This document shows, one piece after another, positions 1 through 10,327 of a DNA stretch of 64,000 nucleotides. A model generated the notes under the pieces. The model saw nothing but the letters and a program-made list of their open reading frames with translations, made no database searches and was not told where the DNA came from. Origin of the DNA: Patescibacteria group bacterium (GTDB taxonomy: Bacteria > Patescibacteriota > Patescibacteriia > SG8-24 > DYFX01); NCBI GenBank assembly GCA_030583805.1, contig CP129476.1, positions 966,657-1,030,656 of the forward strand. Reading direction: 5' to 3'. The translations under genes and the position numbers were made by a program. Positions within the stretch are counted from its first letter, which is position 1, and each line of letters begins with the position of its first letter.

Positions 1-1445
1 GGGATGGCGGTCACGATGACGTCGACGCCGAGCGCCAACCAGCCGTTTTTGATGATGGTCGCCGTGCCGACGCTCTCCGGTTGATCGACGGTCGTAAGCA
101 CGAGCGACAAGGTTTCCGTCACGGCAGGCTCGCTTCCTTTCGCGGGCGTGACGATGCGCTTGCGCAAGCCGTCGGTCGAATCGATTTTCCATCCGAGCGA
201 GTCGAGAAGCGTGCCCGCGCCGGCAAGATTGTACGGAACGGGCGCGGTCGATGTCGCGCTCATGCCGGACAGCACGGGGCGGTCGACGGGATGCCCGTCG
301 CCGTCGAGCACGTCGAAGAGAATGCGCCCTTTGTCGATCGACATCGTGAGCGCGCGGCGCACGTTCTTGTCCGCCAAAAGCGGATTCTGCTTCGGGTTGA
401 AGAACACGGCCGTCACTTGCGGGAGTTCGAGCGAAACGAGCGTGTTGTTTGACGACGACGCCTCCTCGCGCTTGTCGCGCGGCACGAAACTGAGCGACTG
501 GATCTGCCGTTTGCGCAGCGCCTCGAGTGCCGAGGCGTAGTCTTGGTAAAACTGGAACGTCAGCGTTTCGATGTAGGGCGCTGGCTGGTAGTAGTTTTCG
601 TTGCGCGCCAGCACGTAGCTCATCACGAAGCCGCGCTTGTCGCGCCGCAAGTCTTCGAACTTGAAAGGGCCGCTGCCGACCGGTTTCAAATTCGCCTCGG
701 TCATTTGCGCGTTGCTCGGGCTCGCGTCCTTCCAAACGTGGCGGGGGAGGATGCCGAAATCAAGATGCGAGAGAAGCTGCGCGTAGGGTTCCTTGAGGAT
801 CAGCGTGATCGTCAGGTCGTCCGGCTTCTCGACGGTCACGTTCTTAAAGAAGGCGTGCAACGGGCTCTTCCAGGCGGGGTCTTGAATCAGCGACAGCGTG
901 AAGAAGACGTCGTCGGCGGTCAGCGGCTGGCCGTCATGCCATCGCACGCCTTCGCGCAGCTTGAAATGATACGTTTTTTGATCCGGCGAAACGCCGTATT
1001 CCTGCACCAGGTCCGGCACGACGCGTCCGCGGCCGTCCGTGGTGTAAAGGCGCGAAAAAATGAGGCGCGAAAGGTCGTTATCGACGTCGTTTGAAAGAGA
1101 AAGAATGGGGTTCAGTGAATGCGGAGATCCGACGACGCCTTCGACGATCGTGCCGCCGACCGCCGGTCCGATGACGGTGTTGGAGTAATAAAACCCGCCT
1201 CCCAAAAGCGCCGCGCCCAGAACAAACAACCCGACGCCGAGCCGCAGGCGGAAACTGTCGTTTGAGGAGAGAACTTCGGGAAGGTGCCGGATCTGTCTCC
1301 AGGTGGGAAGGCGCGCCGTCGAGAGGGAGTGCACGAGGCGCTTGTCCCAACCTTCGTGTTCGCGAAACGAGGCCGGGCGACGCCGGTTCCAGCCACGCTT
1401 CAGGCGGTCGAACAGGGATCCTGATCGTTCGCGATACGAAGGCAT
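1..1445 (-). CDS. ABC transporter substrate-binding protein, family 5 (oligopeptide/dipeptide/nickel type), N-terminal signal anchor; C-terminus truncated by the window edge
   Basis: Continuous minus-strand frame from ATG (complement of 1443-1445) to position 1. TM segment LGVGLFVLGAALLGGGFYY is followed by conserved SBP_bac_5-like blocks (VVGSPHSLNPIL..., RLYTTDGRGRVVPDLV, HFKLREGVRWHDGQPLTADDV). Not in the ORF track because there is no stop within the window. Confidence 0.75.
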   Translation of the reverse strand, partial: MPSYRERSGSLFDRLKRGWNRRRPASFREHEGWDKRLVHSLSTARLPTWRQIRHLPEVLSSNDSFRLRLGVGLFVLGAALLGGGFYYSNTVIGPAVGGTIVEGVVGSPHSLNPILSLSNDVDNDLSRLIFSRLYTTDGRGRVVPDLVQEYGVSPDQKTYHFKLREGVRWHDGQPLTADDVFFTLSLIQDPAWKSPLHAFFKNVTVEKPDDLTITLILKEPYAQLLSHLDFGILPRHVWKDASPSNAQMTEANLKPVGSGPFKFEDLRRDKRGFVMSYVLARNENYYQPAPYIETLTFQFYQDYASALEALRKRQIQSLSFVPRDKREEASSSNNTLVSLELPQVTAVFFNPKQNPLLADKNVRRALTMSIDKGRILFDVLDGDGHPVDRPVLSGMSATSTAPVPYNLAGAGTLLDSLGWKIDSTDGLRKRIVTPAKGSEPAVTETLSLVLTTVDQPESVGTATIIKNGWLALGVDVIVTAI

Positions 1446-1488
1446 GCTCGAAAGAAAAACGCGGAAGCCCGGCGGCCGGGCTTCAGAG

Positions 1489-1707
1489 TTAGGAGACGAT
1501 GATGATGGCGAGGCCGACTCCCAGGAAGAGCGTGGCCAGGACGATCGTGAAGTAGAAGAGGCCTTTCTCGAGACCGCGCTTGGTGCGGAACGAGTTGCCG
1601 TCGCCGCCGAACGTCGCGCCGAGGCCCACGCCCTGCTGCTGGAGCAAGATCGAGACGATGAGCAGGACGGAAACGCCGACTTGGATGAGTGTCAGGATGT
1701 TCTTCAT
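1489..1707 (-). CDS. secG: preprotein translocase subunit SecG
   Basis: 72-aa product MKNILTLIQVGVSVLLIVSILLQQQGVGLGATFGGDGNSF... shows the typical two-TM SecG pattern with a Gly-rich loop. The longer track ORF (start 1767) has an unlikely N-extension. Confidence 0.8.
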   Translation of the reverse strand: MKNILTLIQVGVSVLLIVSILLQQQGVGLGATFGGDGNSFRTKRGLEKGLFYFTIVLATLFLGVGLAIIIVS

Positions 1708-1788
1708 AAGAGGGGAGACGGATGCTATTGCAGTGGGAAGCGTATCAATCGTGCGGGTACGTGTCAATCCGTGGTATCATTTCGCCAT

Positions 1789-2505
1789 ATGAACCGCCGA
1801 GGGGTCGCATCGACCGGGTTGCTGCTCGTCAGCGGGCTTGCGCTTGCGCTGGCCCTGCTCTTCCTGTGGCGGGTTTGGGGATATTACCGCATGCTTTCGT
1901 CCGGCGGTCCGGTCGATTTGCCGCAGTACGCGAGCCAGTTCACCTTGACGGGCAGGACGGGCGAGGTTCCCAAGGGAGCCTTCGCGGACGTCGCGACATC
2001 GGATGATCCGTCGATCGGTCCTATTGATGCGAAACTCACGATTGTCGAATTCGTCGACTACGAGTGTCCGTTCTGCAACATCGAGTCGTCCGTCGTGCGC
2101 GAGCTGGCCGCCAAATATCAGGACAAGGTGCGCTGGATCATCCGCGATTTCCCCGTTCCAGAACTCCATCCCCAAGCCGTGACTGCGGCGGAAGCTGCCG
2201 GCTGCGCCGAAGCGCAGGACAAGTATTGGCCGATGCATGACCGCCTGTACGCAGCGGCGTTCAACAACGAGCTGACGCGCGAAGAGATCGATCGCGCCGC
2301 CGAGCAATCCGGACTCGACATGGCCGTCTATCGCGCCTGCATGAACCTGCACGCCCGTCTCACCGAGATTCAAGACGACGCGGCGGCGGGCCTCGCGGCC
2401 GGCGTGCGCGGCACCCCGACGTTCTTCGTGAATGGCAGCCGCGTCGAAGGCGCCATTCCCAAAGATGCATTCGAAACGATTATCCGCCGCTATGTCACTC
2501 CGTAA
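1789..2505 (+). CDS. DsbA-like thiol:disulfide oxidoreductase (thioredoxin fold, CPFC active site), membrane anchored
   Basis: LTIVEFVDYECPFCNIES...GTPTFFVNG is the classic DsbA motif pair. The start is chosen at ATG 1789 (MNRRGVASTGLLLVSGLALALALLF signal anchor); the track ORF from 1303 overlaps secG antisense. Confidence 0.8.
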   Translation: MNRRGVASTGLLLVSGLALALALLFLWRVWGYYRMLSSGGPVDLPQYASQFTLTGRTGEVPKGAFADVATSDDPSIGPIDAKLTIVEFVDYECPFCNIESSVVRELAAKYQDKVRWIIRDFPVPELHPQAVTAAEAAGCAEAQDKYWPMHDRLYAAAFNNELTREEIDRAAEQSGLDMAVYRACMNLHARLTEIQDDAAAGLAAGVRGTPTFFVNGSRVEGAIPKDAFETIIRRYVTP

Positions 2506-3898
2506 AAACGTTTTTGCCATCGCGCTCGCCGCATCGTGTCTTTTCGGCATCGGAACCGCCTCCGCGCAGACGCCCGAGCCGTTCGTGCCCGAGCCGATCA
2601 AGACGGAAATCGCCATTCCGATCGCCGAGCGCGTCGAGGGGTATACGGGTAATACGGTGACCGATCTCGCCAACTACATCGGCGTCATTTACCAGTTCAT
2701 GATCTCGATCATCGGCGTGGTGGCGGCTGTCATGATGATCATCGGCGGATTTCAGTACCTCACGTCGGCTGGCGACGCCGGAAAAATCGGAGCGGCGCGG
2801 AAACGCATTACGGACGCCTTGATCGGTTTGGTGCTGGCGTTCTCCGCCTACCTGCTGCTCAACACCATCAATCCGGCGCTTCTGAGTTTTGAACCAATCG
2901 GGAATCGATTGAGCCCCGTGAGAACCATCACGGCTTCCTTGCCGTTCTGCGAACAGATGGCAAAAACGTTAAAATTGGATCTATCCCAGATTACGCAGGC
3001 AAAAATGCAAGCCTTTCCGCAAGGTTGCAACTCTTGCGGTTGCGCCGGTTACTTGCAGCAGCCGTCGCTCGATACGTCCGGCAGGCCGAAACTTGATGGG
3101 AATGGGCAGCCGATAAACTCTCGCATCTGGTGCATTTTCCGTGGAGATAGAGCGACACCGAAGGAGAGGGGTGGCGGTGTAATCAATAGTGGCTGTGGAG
3201 AAGAAAAAATATGGACGGCCGAGGCCGAATTTTTCGGTGACGGAGGAAATAATGAGTTCCAGCCCAGTGTCTGTGTGCCCACGGTGCGCTATGGGGCAGA
3301 GGATCTTGAAAAAGCGTTTGTCGAGACCGGCATGACTCCGCATAGGAACGAGCTTGGCCGATGCCAGGCGTGCGCCACTTTCGGTCCCGGCGCCCGCATC
3401 CGCCTTGGGTATGTGGACAGCGCGCAGGCGTGTCAGGCATGGATGAACGTTGCGAACAACGGCAACGCCCAAGATAACCGCTTTACGGTCGGTAACAAAT
3501 CCGAGACAAACTTTGTATTGGATACGAGTCGGCCGAGCCAAATGTACTATTGCGGCTACAGTAGCGATCGTAATAATTGCGTCTACGGCAATGTGCGCTG
3601 CGAAACGCACGTCAATTCCTGCGATGACTACGACAGCGAGTACATCACCTTCTGCGACCAGCCTGATAGCCGCGGCGGCCTGCTTTGTAAGGACGAGGAG
3701 TTGCAAAGCTTTACGGGCGGCAGTTACGGCGCGCACCTCGGACCGATCTGTCAGACCAATCCTTGCGGCGTCGGCGGCGGCTGCGGCCAGTCCGGCATCA
3801 TTGAAGCCCTGAACGGCTTCGGGAGCAGTGGCGGCTTTACGAGTACGGTTTTCCGCGGCTCCACGTTCGGTTTGTGGGATCCTTCAGCATGCGATTAA
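2492..3898 (+). CDS. secreted protein: N-terminal T4SS-pilin-like (TrbC/VirB2-like, PF18895-type) domain fused to a ~300-aa cysteine-rich C-terminal extension
   Basis: Signal peptide MSLRKNVFAIALAASCLFGIGTASAQ. Hydrophobic pilin-like core IIGGFQYLTSAGDAGKIGAARKRITDALIGLVLAFSAYLLLNTINPALL. The C-terminal half carries ~22 Cys (CNSCGCAGY, CQACATFGPG, CETHVNSCDDYD, CQTNPCGVGGGCGQSG). The start overlaps the DsbA stop by 14 nt. Confidence 0.55.
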   Translation: MSLRKNVFAIALAASCLFGIGTASAQTPEPFVPEPIKTEIAIPIAERVEGYTGNTVTDLANYIGVIYQFMISIIGVVAAVMMIIGGFQYLTSAGDAGKIGAARKRITDALIGLVLAFSAYLLLNTINPALLSFEPIGNRLSPVRTITASLPFCEQMAKTLKLDLSQITQAKMQAFPQGCNSCGCAGYLQQPSLDTSGRPKLDGNGQPINSRIWCIFRGDRATPKERGGGVINSGCGEEKIWTAEAEFFGDGGNNEFQPSVCVPTVRYGAEDLEKAFVETGMTPHRNELGRCQACATFGPGARIRLGYVDSAQACQAWMNVANNGNAQDNRFTVGNKSETNFVLDTSRPSQMYYCGYSSDRNNCVYGNVRCETHVNSCDDYDSEYITFCDQPDSRGGLLCKDEELQSFTGGSYGAHLGPICQTNPCGVGGGCGQSGIIEALNGFGSSGGFTSTVFRGSTFGLWDPSACD

Positions 3899-3972
3899 AT
3901 CCGGGTCACCCTGCCAGGCTTGCTTTCTCGACAATCGCGTGCTAGAGTGCCTTCCGACATAACGTTGGACGC

Positions 3973-6795
3973 ATGGCTGGCAAAAAAATCTCCAAAGCTG
4001 GCGGAAAACACGGAGCACCGGATGTGATTCGCGTGCGTGGCGCGCGGGCGCACAACCTGAAGAACGTCTCCGTCGATATTCCGAAAAACGCGCTCGTTGT
4101 CGTGACTGGTCTTTCCGGTTCCGGCAAGTCGAGTCTTGCCTTTGACACGATCTATGCCGAAGGCCAGCGCCGCTACATGGAGAGCCTGTCGTCCTACGCC
4201 CGCCAGTTCCTGGAACTCCAGGACAAGCCGGACGTCGACGAGATTTCCGGCCTGAGTCCGACCATCGCGATCGACCAGAAAACGGTTTCTTCGAATCCGC
4301 GCTCGACAGTCGGCACCATCACTGAAATTTACGACTTTTTCCGTTTGCTGTTCGCGCGCGTCGGCAAGGCGCATTGCCCGAACTGCGGAAAGCCCGTCGC
4401 GGAACAAACGCCCCGCCAGATCGTCGATCGCATCAACGCGCTCGCCAAGGATCAGGGGCTTTTGATGCTCGCGCCGATCGTGAAGGAAGAAAAAGGCGAA
4501 CAGAAAAAAGCGATCGAAGCGATGTTCCGCGCGGGCTACCGCGAGGCGCGCGTCGACGGATCGCTGTACGCCATCGAGGAGCTCACCAAGCAGCGTCTCG
4601 ACCGCGACAAGCGCCACACGATCGAAGCAGTCATCGCCCGCATCCAGGAAAAAAATCCGGCTTACGACGAAAAGCAGATGCTCGCGCTCGTCGGCAAGGC
4701 GCTTGAAATGGGCGACGGTTTCCTGACGCTCCATTTGCAGAAAAAAGACGAAGACCTGCTGATGTCGCGCCGTTTGGCTTGCGCCGACTGCGGCATCTCG
4801 CTGCCGGAAATCGAGCCGCGCATTTTCTCGTTCAACAGCCCGCACGGCGCTTGCCCCGGCTGCACCGGCCTCGGCGTGAAGCTGACGGCGGAGCCTGGAC
4901 TTGTCATTCCGAACGATAAGCTGACGCTCGCGCAGGGCGCCATCAAGCCCTGGACGCGCATCGCCGGCAGCGGCACCGGCATGATGAAAGAGCTCCAAAT
5001 GCTCGCCGACCGCATGAAATTCTCGCTCGACGTGCCGGTGTCCGAGCTGCCGAAGAAGGCGCTCGAAGCCGTGCTCTACGGCGACGCGGAATTCCAAGGC
5101 GTCATTCCGCATCTCGAGAAAAAGCATCTCGAGACGGATTCGGAGTACATGCGCAAGGAGATCGAAGAATACATGCGCACGGTGACCTGCCCGGTCTGCA
5201 AAGGCCAGCGCCTCCGCAAGGAAGCGCTGGGCGTGAAAGTTACCGGCAAGAACATTTCGGAGTTCGTCAGCATGTCGATCGAGGAACTCGGCGACACGTT
5301 CAAAAAAATCGACCTGCCGCCTTTCGATCGGAAAATCGCCGACCAAATCGTGAAGGAGGTTTCCTCGCGTCTCTTCCATCTTCTGGAAGTCGGCTTGGGC
5401 TACCTGACGCTCGACCGCTCGGTTACGACGCTCTCGGGCGGCGAAGGCCAGCGCGTCCGTCTCGCCACCCAGCTCGGCACCTCGCTTTCCGGCGTCATTT
5501 ACATCCTGGACGAGCCTTCGATCGGCCTCCACCCGCGCGACAACGACAAGTTGATCGAAGCTATCAAGTCGATCCGCGACGTCGGCAACTCGGTAATCGT
5601 CGTCGAGCACGACGAGGCGATGATCGAAGCGGCCGACTACGTCTTCGACATGGGTCCTGGCGCCGGCGAATTCGGCGGCGAAGTGACCGCCGAAGGCACG
5701 CCTTCCGACATCAAGAAAAACAAGAACTCGCTGACGGGACAGTATCTCTCCGGCAAGCAGCAAATCGTGGCGCCCAAAGAGTCGCGCAAGGGCAGCGGCA
5801 AGTCGATCCAAATCATCGGCGCGACCGCGTTCAATTTGAAGAACGTCGACGTGAAGATTCCGCTCGGCAAGCTCGTTTCCGTCACCGGCGTTTCCGGTTC
5901 CGGCAAGTCGACGCTCGTGATCGATATTCTCGCGACCGCTCTCGCGAAGAAGTTTTATCGCGCGAAAGAAGAGCCCGGCGCGCACAAGGCGATCAAGGGC
6001 ATCGAGCACATCGACAAGATCATCACGATCGACCAGTCGCCGATCGGCCGCACGCCGCGCTCGAACCCGGCGACCTACACCGGCGTCTTCACGGCCATCC
6101 GCGATCTCTTCACCGAAGTGCCGGAAGCCAAGATGAAGGGTTATGACGCAGGCAAGTTCTCCTTCAACGTGAAGGGCGGCGGCCGCTGCGAGACCTGCGC
6201 CGGCGAAGGCTACCAGCGCATCGAGATGCAGTTCCTGCCCGACGTTTTCGTCGAGTGCCCGGAGTGCAAGGGCGCGCGCTACAACCACGAAGCGCTCGAG
6301 ATCCACATCAAGGACAAAACGATCGCCGACGTGCTCAACATGACGGTCGAGGAAGCGCGCCGCTTCTTCTCCGACGTTCCGGCCGTCTTCGACAAGCTCG
6401 ACGTGCTCCATGACGTGGGCCTCGGCTACCTGAAGCTCGGACAGCCCGCCACGAACCTCTCGGGCGGCGAAGCGCAGCGCGTGAAGCTCGCGACGGAATT
6501 GTCGCGGCGCGCGACCGGCAAAACGCTGTACATCCTCGACGAGCCGACGACCGGCCTCCACTTCGAAGACATCAAGCGCCTCCTCGGCGTCTTGGACCAG
6601 CTCGTCGAAAAGGGGAACACCGTCGTCACGATCGAACACAACCTCGACGTCATCAAGTGCTCCGACTGGGTGATCGACATGGGTCCCGAAGGCGGCGACA
6701 AGGGCGGCAAGCTCGTCGCCGAAGGCGCGCCGAAAGCCATCGTCAAAGCCAAAGCCTCGCTCACGGGGCGGTACTTGAAATCGGTCGTGAAATAA
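3973..6795 (+). CDS. uvrA: excinuclease ABC subunit A
   Basis: 940 aa with two ABC ATPase modules: Walker [15 protein letters not shown] and [11 protein letters not shown], signatures LSGGEGQR / LSGGEAQR. Zn-finger CPNCGK and CETCAGEGY...CPECKG. Confidence 0.95.
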   Translation: MAGKKISKAGGKHGAPDVIRVRGARAHNLKNVSVDIPKNALVVVTGLSGSGKSSLAFDTIYAEGQRRYMESLSSYARQFLELQDKPDVDEISGLSPTIAIDQKTVSSNPRSTVGTITEIYDFFRLLFARVGKAHCPNCGKPVAEQTPRQIVDRINALAKDQGLLMLAPIVKEEKGEQKKAIEAMFRAGYREARVDGSLYAIEELTKQRLDRDKRHTIEAVIARIQEKNPAYDEKQMLALVGKALEMGDGFLTLHLQKKDEDLLMSRRLACADCGISLPEIEPRIFSFNSPHGACPGCTGLGVKLTAEPGLVIPNDKLTLAQGAIKPWTRIAGSGTGMMKELQMLADRMKFSLDVPVSELPKKALEAVLYGDAEFQGVIPHLEKKHLETDSEYMRKEIEEYMRTVTCPVCKGQRLRKEALGVKVTGKNISEFVSMSIEELGDTFKKIDLPPFDRKIADQIVKEVSSRLFHLLEVGLGYLTLDRSVTTLSGGEGQRVRLATQLGTSLSGVIYILDEPSIGLHPRDNDKLIEAIKSIRDVGNSVIVVEHDEAMIEAADYVFDMGPGAGEFGGEVTAEGTPSDIKKNKNSLTGQYLSGKQQIVAPKESRKGSGKSIQIIGATAFNLKNVDVKIPLGKLVSVTGVSGSGKSTLVIDILATALAKKFYRAKEEPGAHKAIKGIEHIDKIITIDQSPIGRTPRSNPATYTGVFTAIRDLFTEVPEAKMKGYDAGKFSFNVKGGGRCETCAGEGYQRIEMQFLPDVFVECPECKGARYNHEALEIHIKDKTIADVLNMTVEEARRFFSDVPAVFDKLDVLHDVGLGYLKLGQPATNLSGGEAQRVKLATELSRRATGKTLYILDEPTTGLHFEDIKRLLGVLDQLVEKGNTVVTIEHNLDVIKCSDWVIDMGPEGGDKGGKLVAEGAPKAIVKAKASLTGRYLKSVVK

Positions 6796-6930
6796 AAACA
6801 CGCGCGGATCGCGACGGAGGCACTTGAACTTCTCGACAATTCGTGTTACAGATGATTTCGGCACAGTCTTGTCGACCGCGTCGCGCGGGACGGGGGACTG
6901 TCTTTCTGTATTACTCATTTTTTTCGCGCC

Positions 6931-8067
6931 ATGCGTATCTTGTTCAACGGATATGCGAAGCCGGGAGTAGGCGGACCGCAGTGCCACGCGTCCGGATTTC
7001 AGGTTGCGCTGCGCGCGAGGGGTTTTGACGCGGTCGGGATCGTCTTGCGGCGCGCGCTCGATGGCGCGGAGCAACCGTCCCGCATTGAAACGCCGTCGGG
7101 ACCCATGCACCAGCACTTTCTCGACCTGGCGACGAACGAGGCACTTCGTCGCCCTGAGCCGGGACTTCCCCCCGCCGTGGAAGCGGCGGCGGAACGCGTG
7201 GTCGAGATCCTCTCGTCCGAAGCGCCGGATGCGCTCATCCTGAACGGCTTTTCTCTGGCCAACGCCTACCTGGCCCATGCGGCCGAACGGCTTAACATCC
7301 CTTTTTATTTCAGCCATCACGGCTTTTGGTTCGCTGAAATACCTGCCGCGCTGCCGCTCGCGGCGCAAGCGCGTATGCGCGCCATGGAGTCTGAAGCGAT
7401 TCGAGCGGCGCGCGCGAACGTCTATTTGAACGCGTGGAGCCGCGAGCGCGTGGAAGAAGCCTATCCGGGATCGCGGCGCCAGGATGACGTCGTCATTCCT
7501 CTGCCGTACAACCCCGTCTTTTTGAATGAAGCGGCTCCTTCGATCGCGTCGGACGACCGCGCGACGGTCGGCTTCGTTGCGCGCTGGGATCCTATTAAAA
7601 ACATCGGCCTCATGCGCGCTTTCGCGCAGGCCGCCATGGACGTGCGCGTGCTCGCGCCGATCGAAATCGGCGGCAGAAAGTCGCTGGCAGCGGAGGAAGA
7701 CGCGTTTCCTTCGGTCGTGCAGATCATGCCGCCCCTGCCTCAGGAAGCGCTGCCCGGCTTCTATCGCTCCTGCGACCTCATGGTGCTTCCCAGTCGTTTC
7801 GACGTGAGTCCGACGGTTGTCATGGAGGCCGCCTTGCAGGGACGCGGCACCGTCATCTCCGATCGCGTCGGATGGGTCGAAACCTACGAGCGCCTCGGCA
7901 TGGAGGATTGGATTGTCCGCGATCCTTCGCCCGAACGGCTGGAGACGGCCGTGCGGCGCTGCCTGGGCAAGCCGGTCCCAAAGCGCTTCCGCGACGAAGT
8001 GCTCGATCATCACCATCCCGATCGCGTCTTTGACGCGTGGGCCTCGCTACTTACCTCCAACGTATGA
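6931..8067 (+). CDS. glycosyltransferase (GT4-like, divergent)
   Basis: C-terminal Glycos_transf_1-like region (FVARWDPIKNIG..., DLMVLPSRFDVSPTVVMEAALQGRGTVIS). 4-nt ATGA overlap with the next glycosyltransferase. Confidence 0.55.
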   Translation: MRILFNGYAKPGVGGPQCHASGFQVALRARGFDAVGIVLRRALDGAEQPSRIETPSGPMHQHFLDLATNEALRRPEPGLPPAVEAAAERVVEILSSEAPDALILNGFSLANAYLAHAAERLNIPFYFSHHGFWFAEIPAALPLAAQARMRAMESEAIRAARANVYLNAWSRERVEEAYPGSRRQDDVVIPLPYNPVFLNEAAPSIASDDRATVGFVARWDPIKNIGLMRAFAQAAMDVRVLAPIEIGGRKSLAAEEDAFPSVVQIMPPLPQEALPGFYRSCDLMVLPSRFDVSPTVVMEAALQGRGTVISDRVGWVETYERLGMEDWIVRDPSPERLETAVRRCLGKPVPKRFRDEVLDHHHPDRVFDAWASLLTSNV

Positions 8068-9101
8068 AAATCGCGCAACTGTGTTCGGTCGGACGTCTCG
8101 TTTCGCACGAGGCTCCGCACGGCATCTACGGATCGGTCGGAAATCTTTCGGACGCGCTCATCGACCATGGGCACGACGTGACGCTTTACGCGTCGGGGGA
8201 TGCGGTCACGCGCGCCAAAGTGGTCGCGGCGGCGGCGGTGAACGCGAAGGCTCGCGGCGTTTCAGAAGCGGAAATTATGCGGGAGAATCTCGAGACCGCT
8301 TCTTTGTGCTACCGCCAGGCCGACAAGCACGACATCATCCACTCGCATTTTTCGCTGCTCGGCTGCCACTTTGCGTCCGTCGTTTCGACCCCGACGGTGC
8401 ATTCGATCCATAGTCCCGTGACGCCGGATCTTTGGCCGCACCTGCTGCGATACAAGAAAGAGCGCTTCATCAGTTTCAGCCACGCGCAACGGCGCCGCAT
8501 GCCGGATTTGAACTGGGTCGGCACGGTCTACCACAGCATCGATACGAAGACCTACGCGTTTTCTCCGGAGCCGCAAGGCTACGTCCTGTACCTCGGCCGC
8601 ATCACGGAAGACAAGGGCGTGCACCATGCCATCGCCGCCGCCAAGGAAGCCGGCGTTCAGCTTCTTATCGCCGGCACGAGCTATCCTTCGGAAGGGTACT
8701 GGTCGGAGCAAATCGAGCCGCATGTCGACGGCACCACTGTCCGCTTTCTCGGTCCCGCCGACCTGACGCGCAAGATCGAGCTGTTGCAGGGCGCCAAAGC
8801 GCTCCTTTTCCCGACGCTCTATGACGAGGTGTTCGGCTTGGTGATGATCGAAGCCATGGCATGCGGAACGCCGACGATCGGTTTCGACAACGGCGCCGTG
8901 TCGGAAATCGTGGAAGACGGCCAAACGGGCTTCGTCGTCCGCACGCCGAAACAAATGGCTTCCGCCATCAAGAAAATCGAAAAAATTTCCCGCCAAGCCT
9001 GCCGCGAGCGCGCCGAGAAGCTGTTCAGCATCGAGAAGATGGTGCGCGGCTACGAGCGCGTCTACGAGCGCGTGATCGCTTCGTCGAAGAAAGGAGCCTG
9101 A
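8064..9101 (+). CDS. glycosyltransferase family 4
   Basis: GT4 hallmarks: LYLGRITEDKGVHHAIAAA, LFPTLYDEVFGLVMIEAMACGTPTIGFDNGAVSEIVEDGQTGFVV (EX7E-type motif). The start at 8064 is coupled to the upstream stop. Confidence 0.8.
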   Translation: MKIAQLCSVGRLVSHEAPHGIYGSVGNLSDALIDHGHDVTLYASGDAVTRAKVVAAAAVNAKARGVSEAEIMRENLETASLCYRQADKHDIIHSHFSLLGCHFASVVSTPTVHSIHSPVTPDLWPHLLRYKKERFISFSHAQRRRMPDLNWVGTVYHSIDTKTYAFSPEPQGYVLYLGRITEDKGVHHAIAAAKEAGVQLLIAGTSYPSEGYWSEQIEPHVDGTTVRFLGPADLTRKIELLQGAKALLFPTLYDEVFGLVMIEAMACGTPTIGFDNGAVSEIVEDGQTGFVVRTPKQMASAIKKIEKISRQACRERAEKLFSIEKMVRGYERVYERVIASSKKGA

Positions 9102-9120
9102 ACGTTCCTGGAGGTGAAGG

Positions 9121-9148
9121 AAAAAACTCCTCGCATGGGGAGTTTTTT
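9121..9148. terminator. bidirectional rho-independent terminator
   Basis: AAAAAACTCC-TCGCATGG-GGAGTTTTTT: a 6-bp GC-containing stem flanked by an A-run and a T-run. It lies between convergent genes 8064-9101 (+) and 9169-9750 (-). Confidence 0.6.
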
Positions 9149-9168
9149 GAAATGAAAAACGAGGCTGT

Positions 9169-9750
9169 TCAGCCCCGCGATCGCTTATAGACTTTCTCGA
9201 GAACCTCGATGGTTCCGGGCAGGTAGCTGCCGAGCGCGATCGAGAAGTCCGTCTCCAGGGTCGCTCCATCCGCCGCCAGCTTGGCGATGGCCGAGCAGCG
9301 GTGCATGCCTTCGAAGATCACCACGCCCTTCTCCGCCAGCACGCCGAGTACGGTCGTGCGGCGCGGAAAAGTGCCCTTGATCGCTGATGCCCGCCCGTTT
9401 CCCTTTGCGAAAAGATTGGCTGCGATGACGGCGAACGTCGGCATCGGGCCTGCGTCGCCGTACGTGCGCTCGATCCAGCCTTGGAAGGGGGCGCCATGAA
9501 AATGCTCCGGCACGGTGCGAAGGGGATCCATGACGCGGTAGAGCGTCCAGGCGCGCTCGGTCAGGCGGAAATGCGGCGCGTAGGCGAGCCGCCATTCTTC
9601 CCAGGTGTCGTAACCGCGCTCCTTCGCGACGGCCAGCCACTCGGGACTGGAGCCTTCGCTCTCGCGCCAGAAAGCGAACGTTTCCTCCCATGTCAGCGAA
9701 CGGATCGGCTTCAAGTCTTGAAGGTGCGATGTTTCCATGCGCGGAAGCAT
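9169..9750 (-). CDS. hypothetical protein (W/E-rich, no recognisable motif)
   Basis: 193-aa ORF. The alternative start METSHL is at 9738. Bounded by terminator hairpins on both sides. Confidence 0.45.
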   Translation of the reverse strand: MLPRMETSHLQDLKPIRSLTWEETFAFWRESEGSSPEWLAVAKERGYDTWEEWRLAYAPHFRLTERAWTLYRVMDPLRTVPEHFHGAPFQGWIERTYGDAGPMPTFAVIAANLFAKGNGRASAIKGTFPRRTTVLGVLAEKGVVIFEGMHRCSAIAKLAADGATLETDFSIALGSYLPGTIEVLEKVYKRSRG

Positions 9751-9838
9751 ACCCTTTCAAGGGCGAGGCGGTCAAAAAAAGACCGTCAATGACGGCCTGT
9801 CAGCTCCGAGACACTTGTCTGTCGCCTTCGGGGTTGAT

Positions 9839-10219
9839 CTAGGGTCGCGGTTTCACGGTGTCTTCGAGAAACCGCCTCGCCACGCGCTCGGCCTCGTTGA
9901 GTCCGAGGCCGTCGAACGCGAGCGTCTTTTGCTCCTCGATCACGCGAAGCGCTTCTTTCGCGCCCGCCTCGAGCGTAAGCAGGTCGTTCCCCAGGAAGAC
10001 GCCATGTTCTCGTGCCTGCGGCGCGTGGCGTATGGGCGCTTGCCACTCCACGATGTACAGGTGCGTCTGGTACTCGTACGAACCGGGCGGCGTATAGCCG
10101 CCGATCTCGTGCGCCTGCACGATCGCGCCTACGACGAAGCGGCCCTGGTTGGCAAGCCTGCGCGGGCAGACTTGATCCCACTGTTTCCATTCTTTTCCGG
10201 GACGTTGCGGTTCGGCCAT
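9839..10219 (-). CDS. hypothetical protein
   Basis: 126-aa ORF. A hairpin plus A/T run at ~9768-9795 lies downstream and a nested double hairpin at ~10250-10318 lies upstream. Confidence 0.45.
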   Translation of the reverse strand: MAEPQRPGKEWKQWDQVCPRRLANQGRFVVGAIVQAHEIGGYTPPGSYEYQTHLYIVEWQAPIRHAPQAREHGVFLGNDLLTLEAGAKEALRVIEEQKTLAFDGLGLNEAERVARRFLEDTVKPRP

Positions 10220-10327
10220 ATATTCCTCCCGCGAGAAACCTAAACGAAAAAGACCCGCGTGTCAACCCGGCACACAATAAATTGCAGTGCCGGGTCAACG
10301 GGTCTTTTTTCTTCGGGATGCCGGCGC

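Noticed and set aside
1303-1788. N-terminal 162-aa extension of the DsbA ORF (track ORF 1303-2505)
   Set aside because: The extension overlaps secG on the opposite strand and is R/E-rich junk. The DsbA signal anchor begins at the internal ATG 1789.
3895-8016. 1373-aa minus-strand ORF, the largest in the region
   Set aside because: Antisense to uvrA and the downstream glycosyltransferase. The translation is low-complexity (R/A/D/G/V/H-rich) with no motifs. It is a shadow ORF caused by high GC3 in the sense genes.
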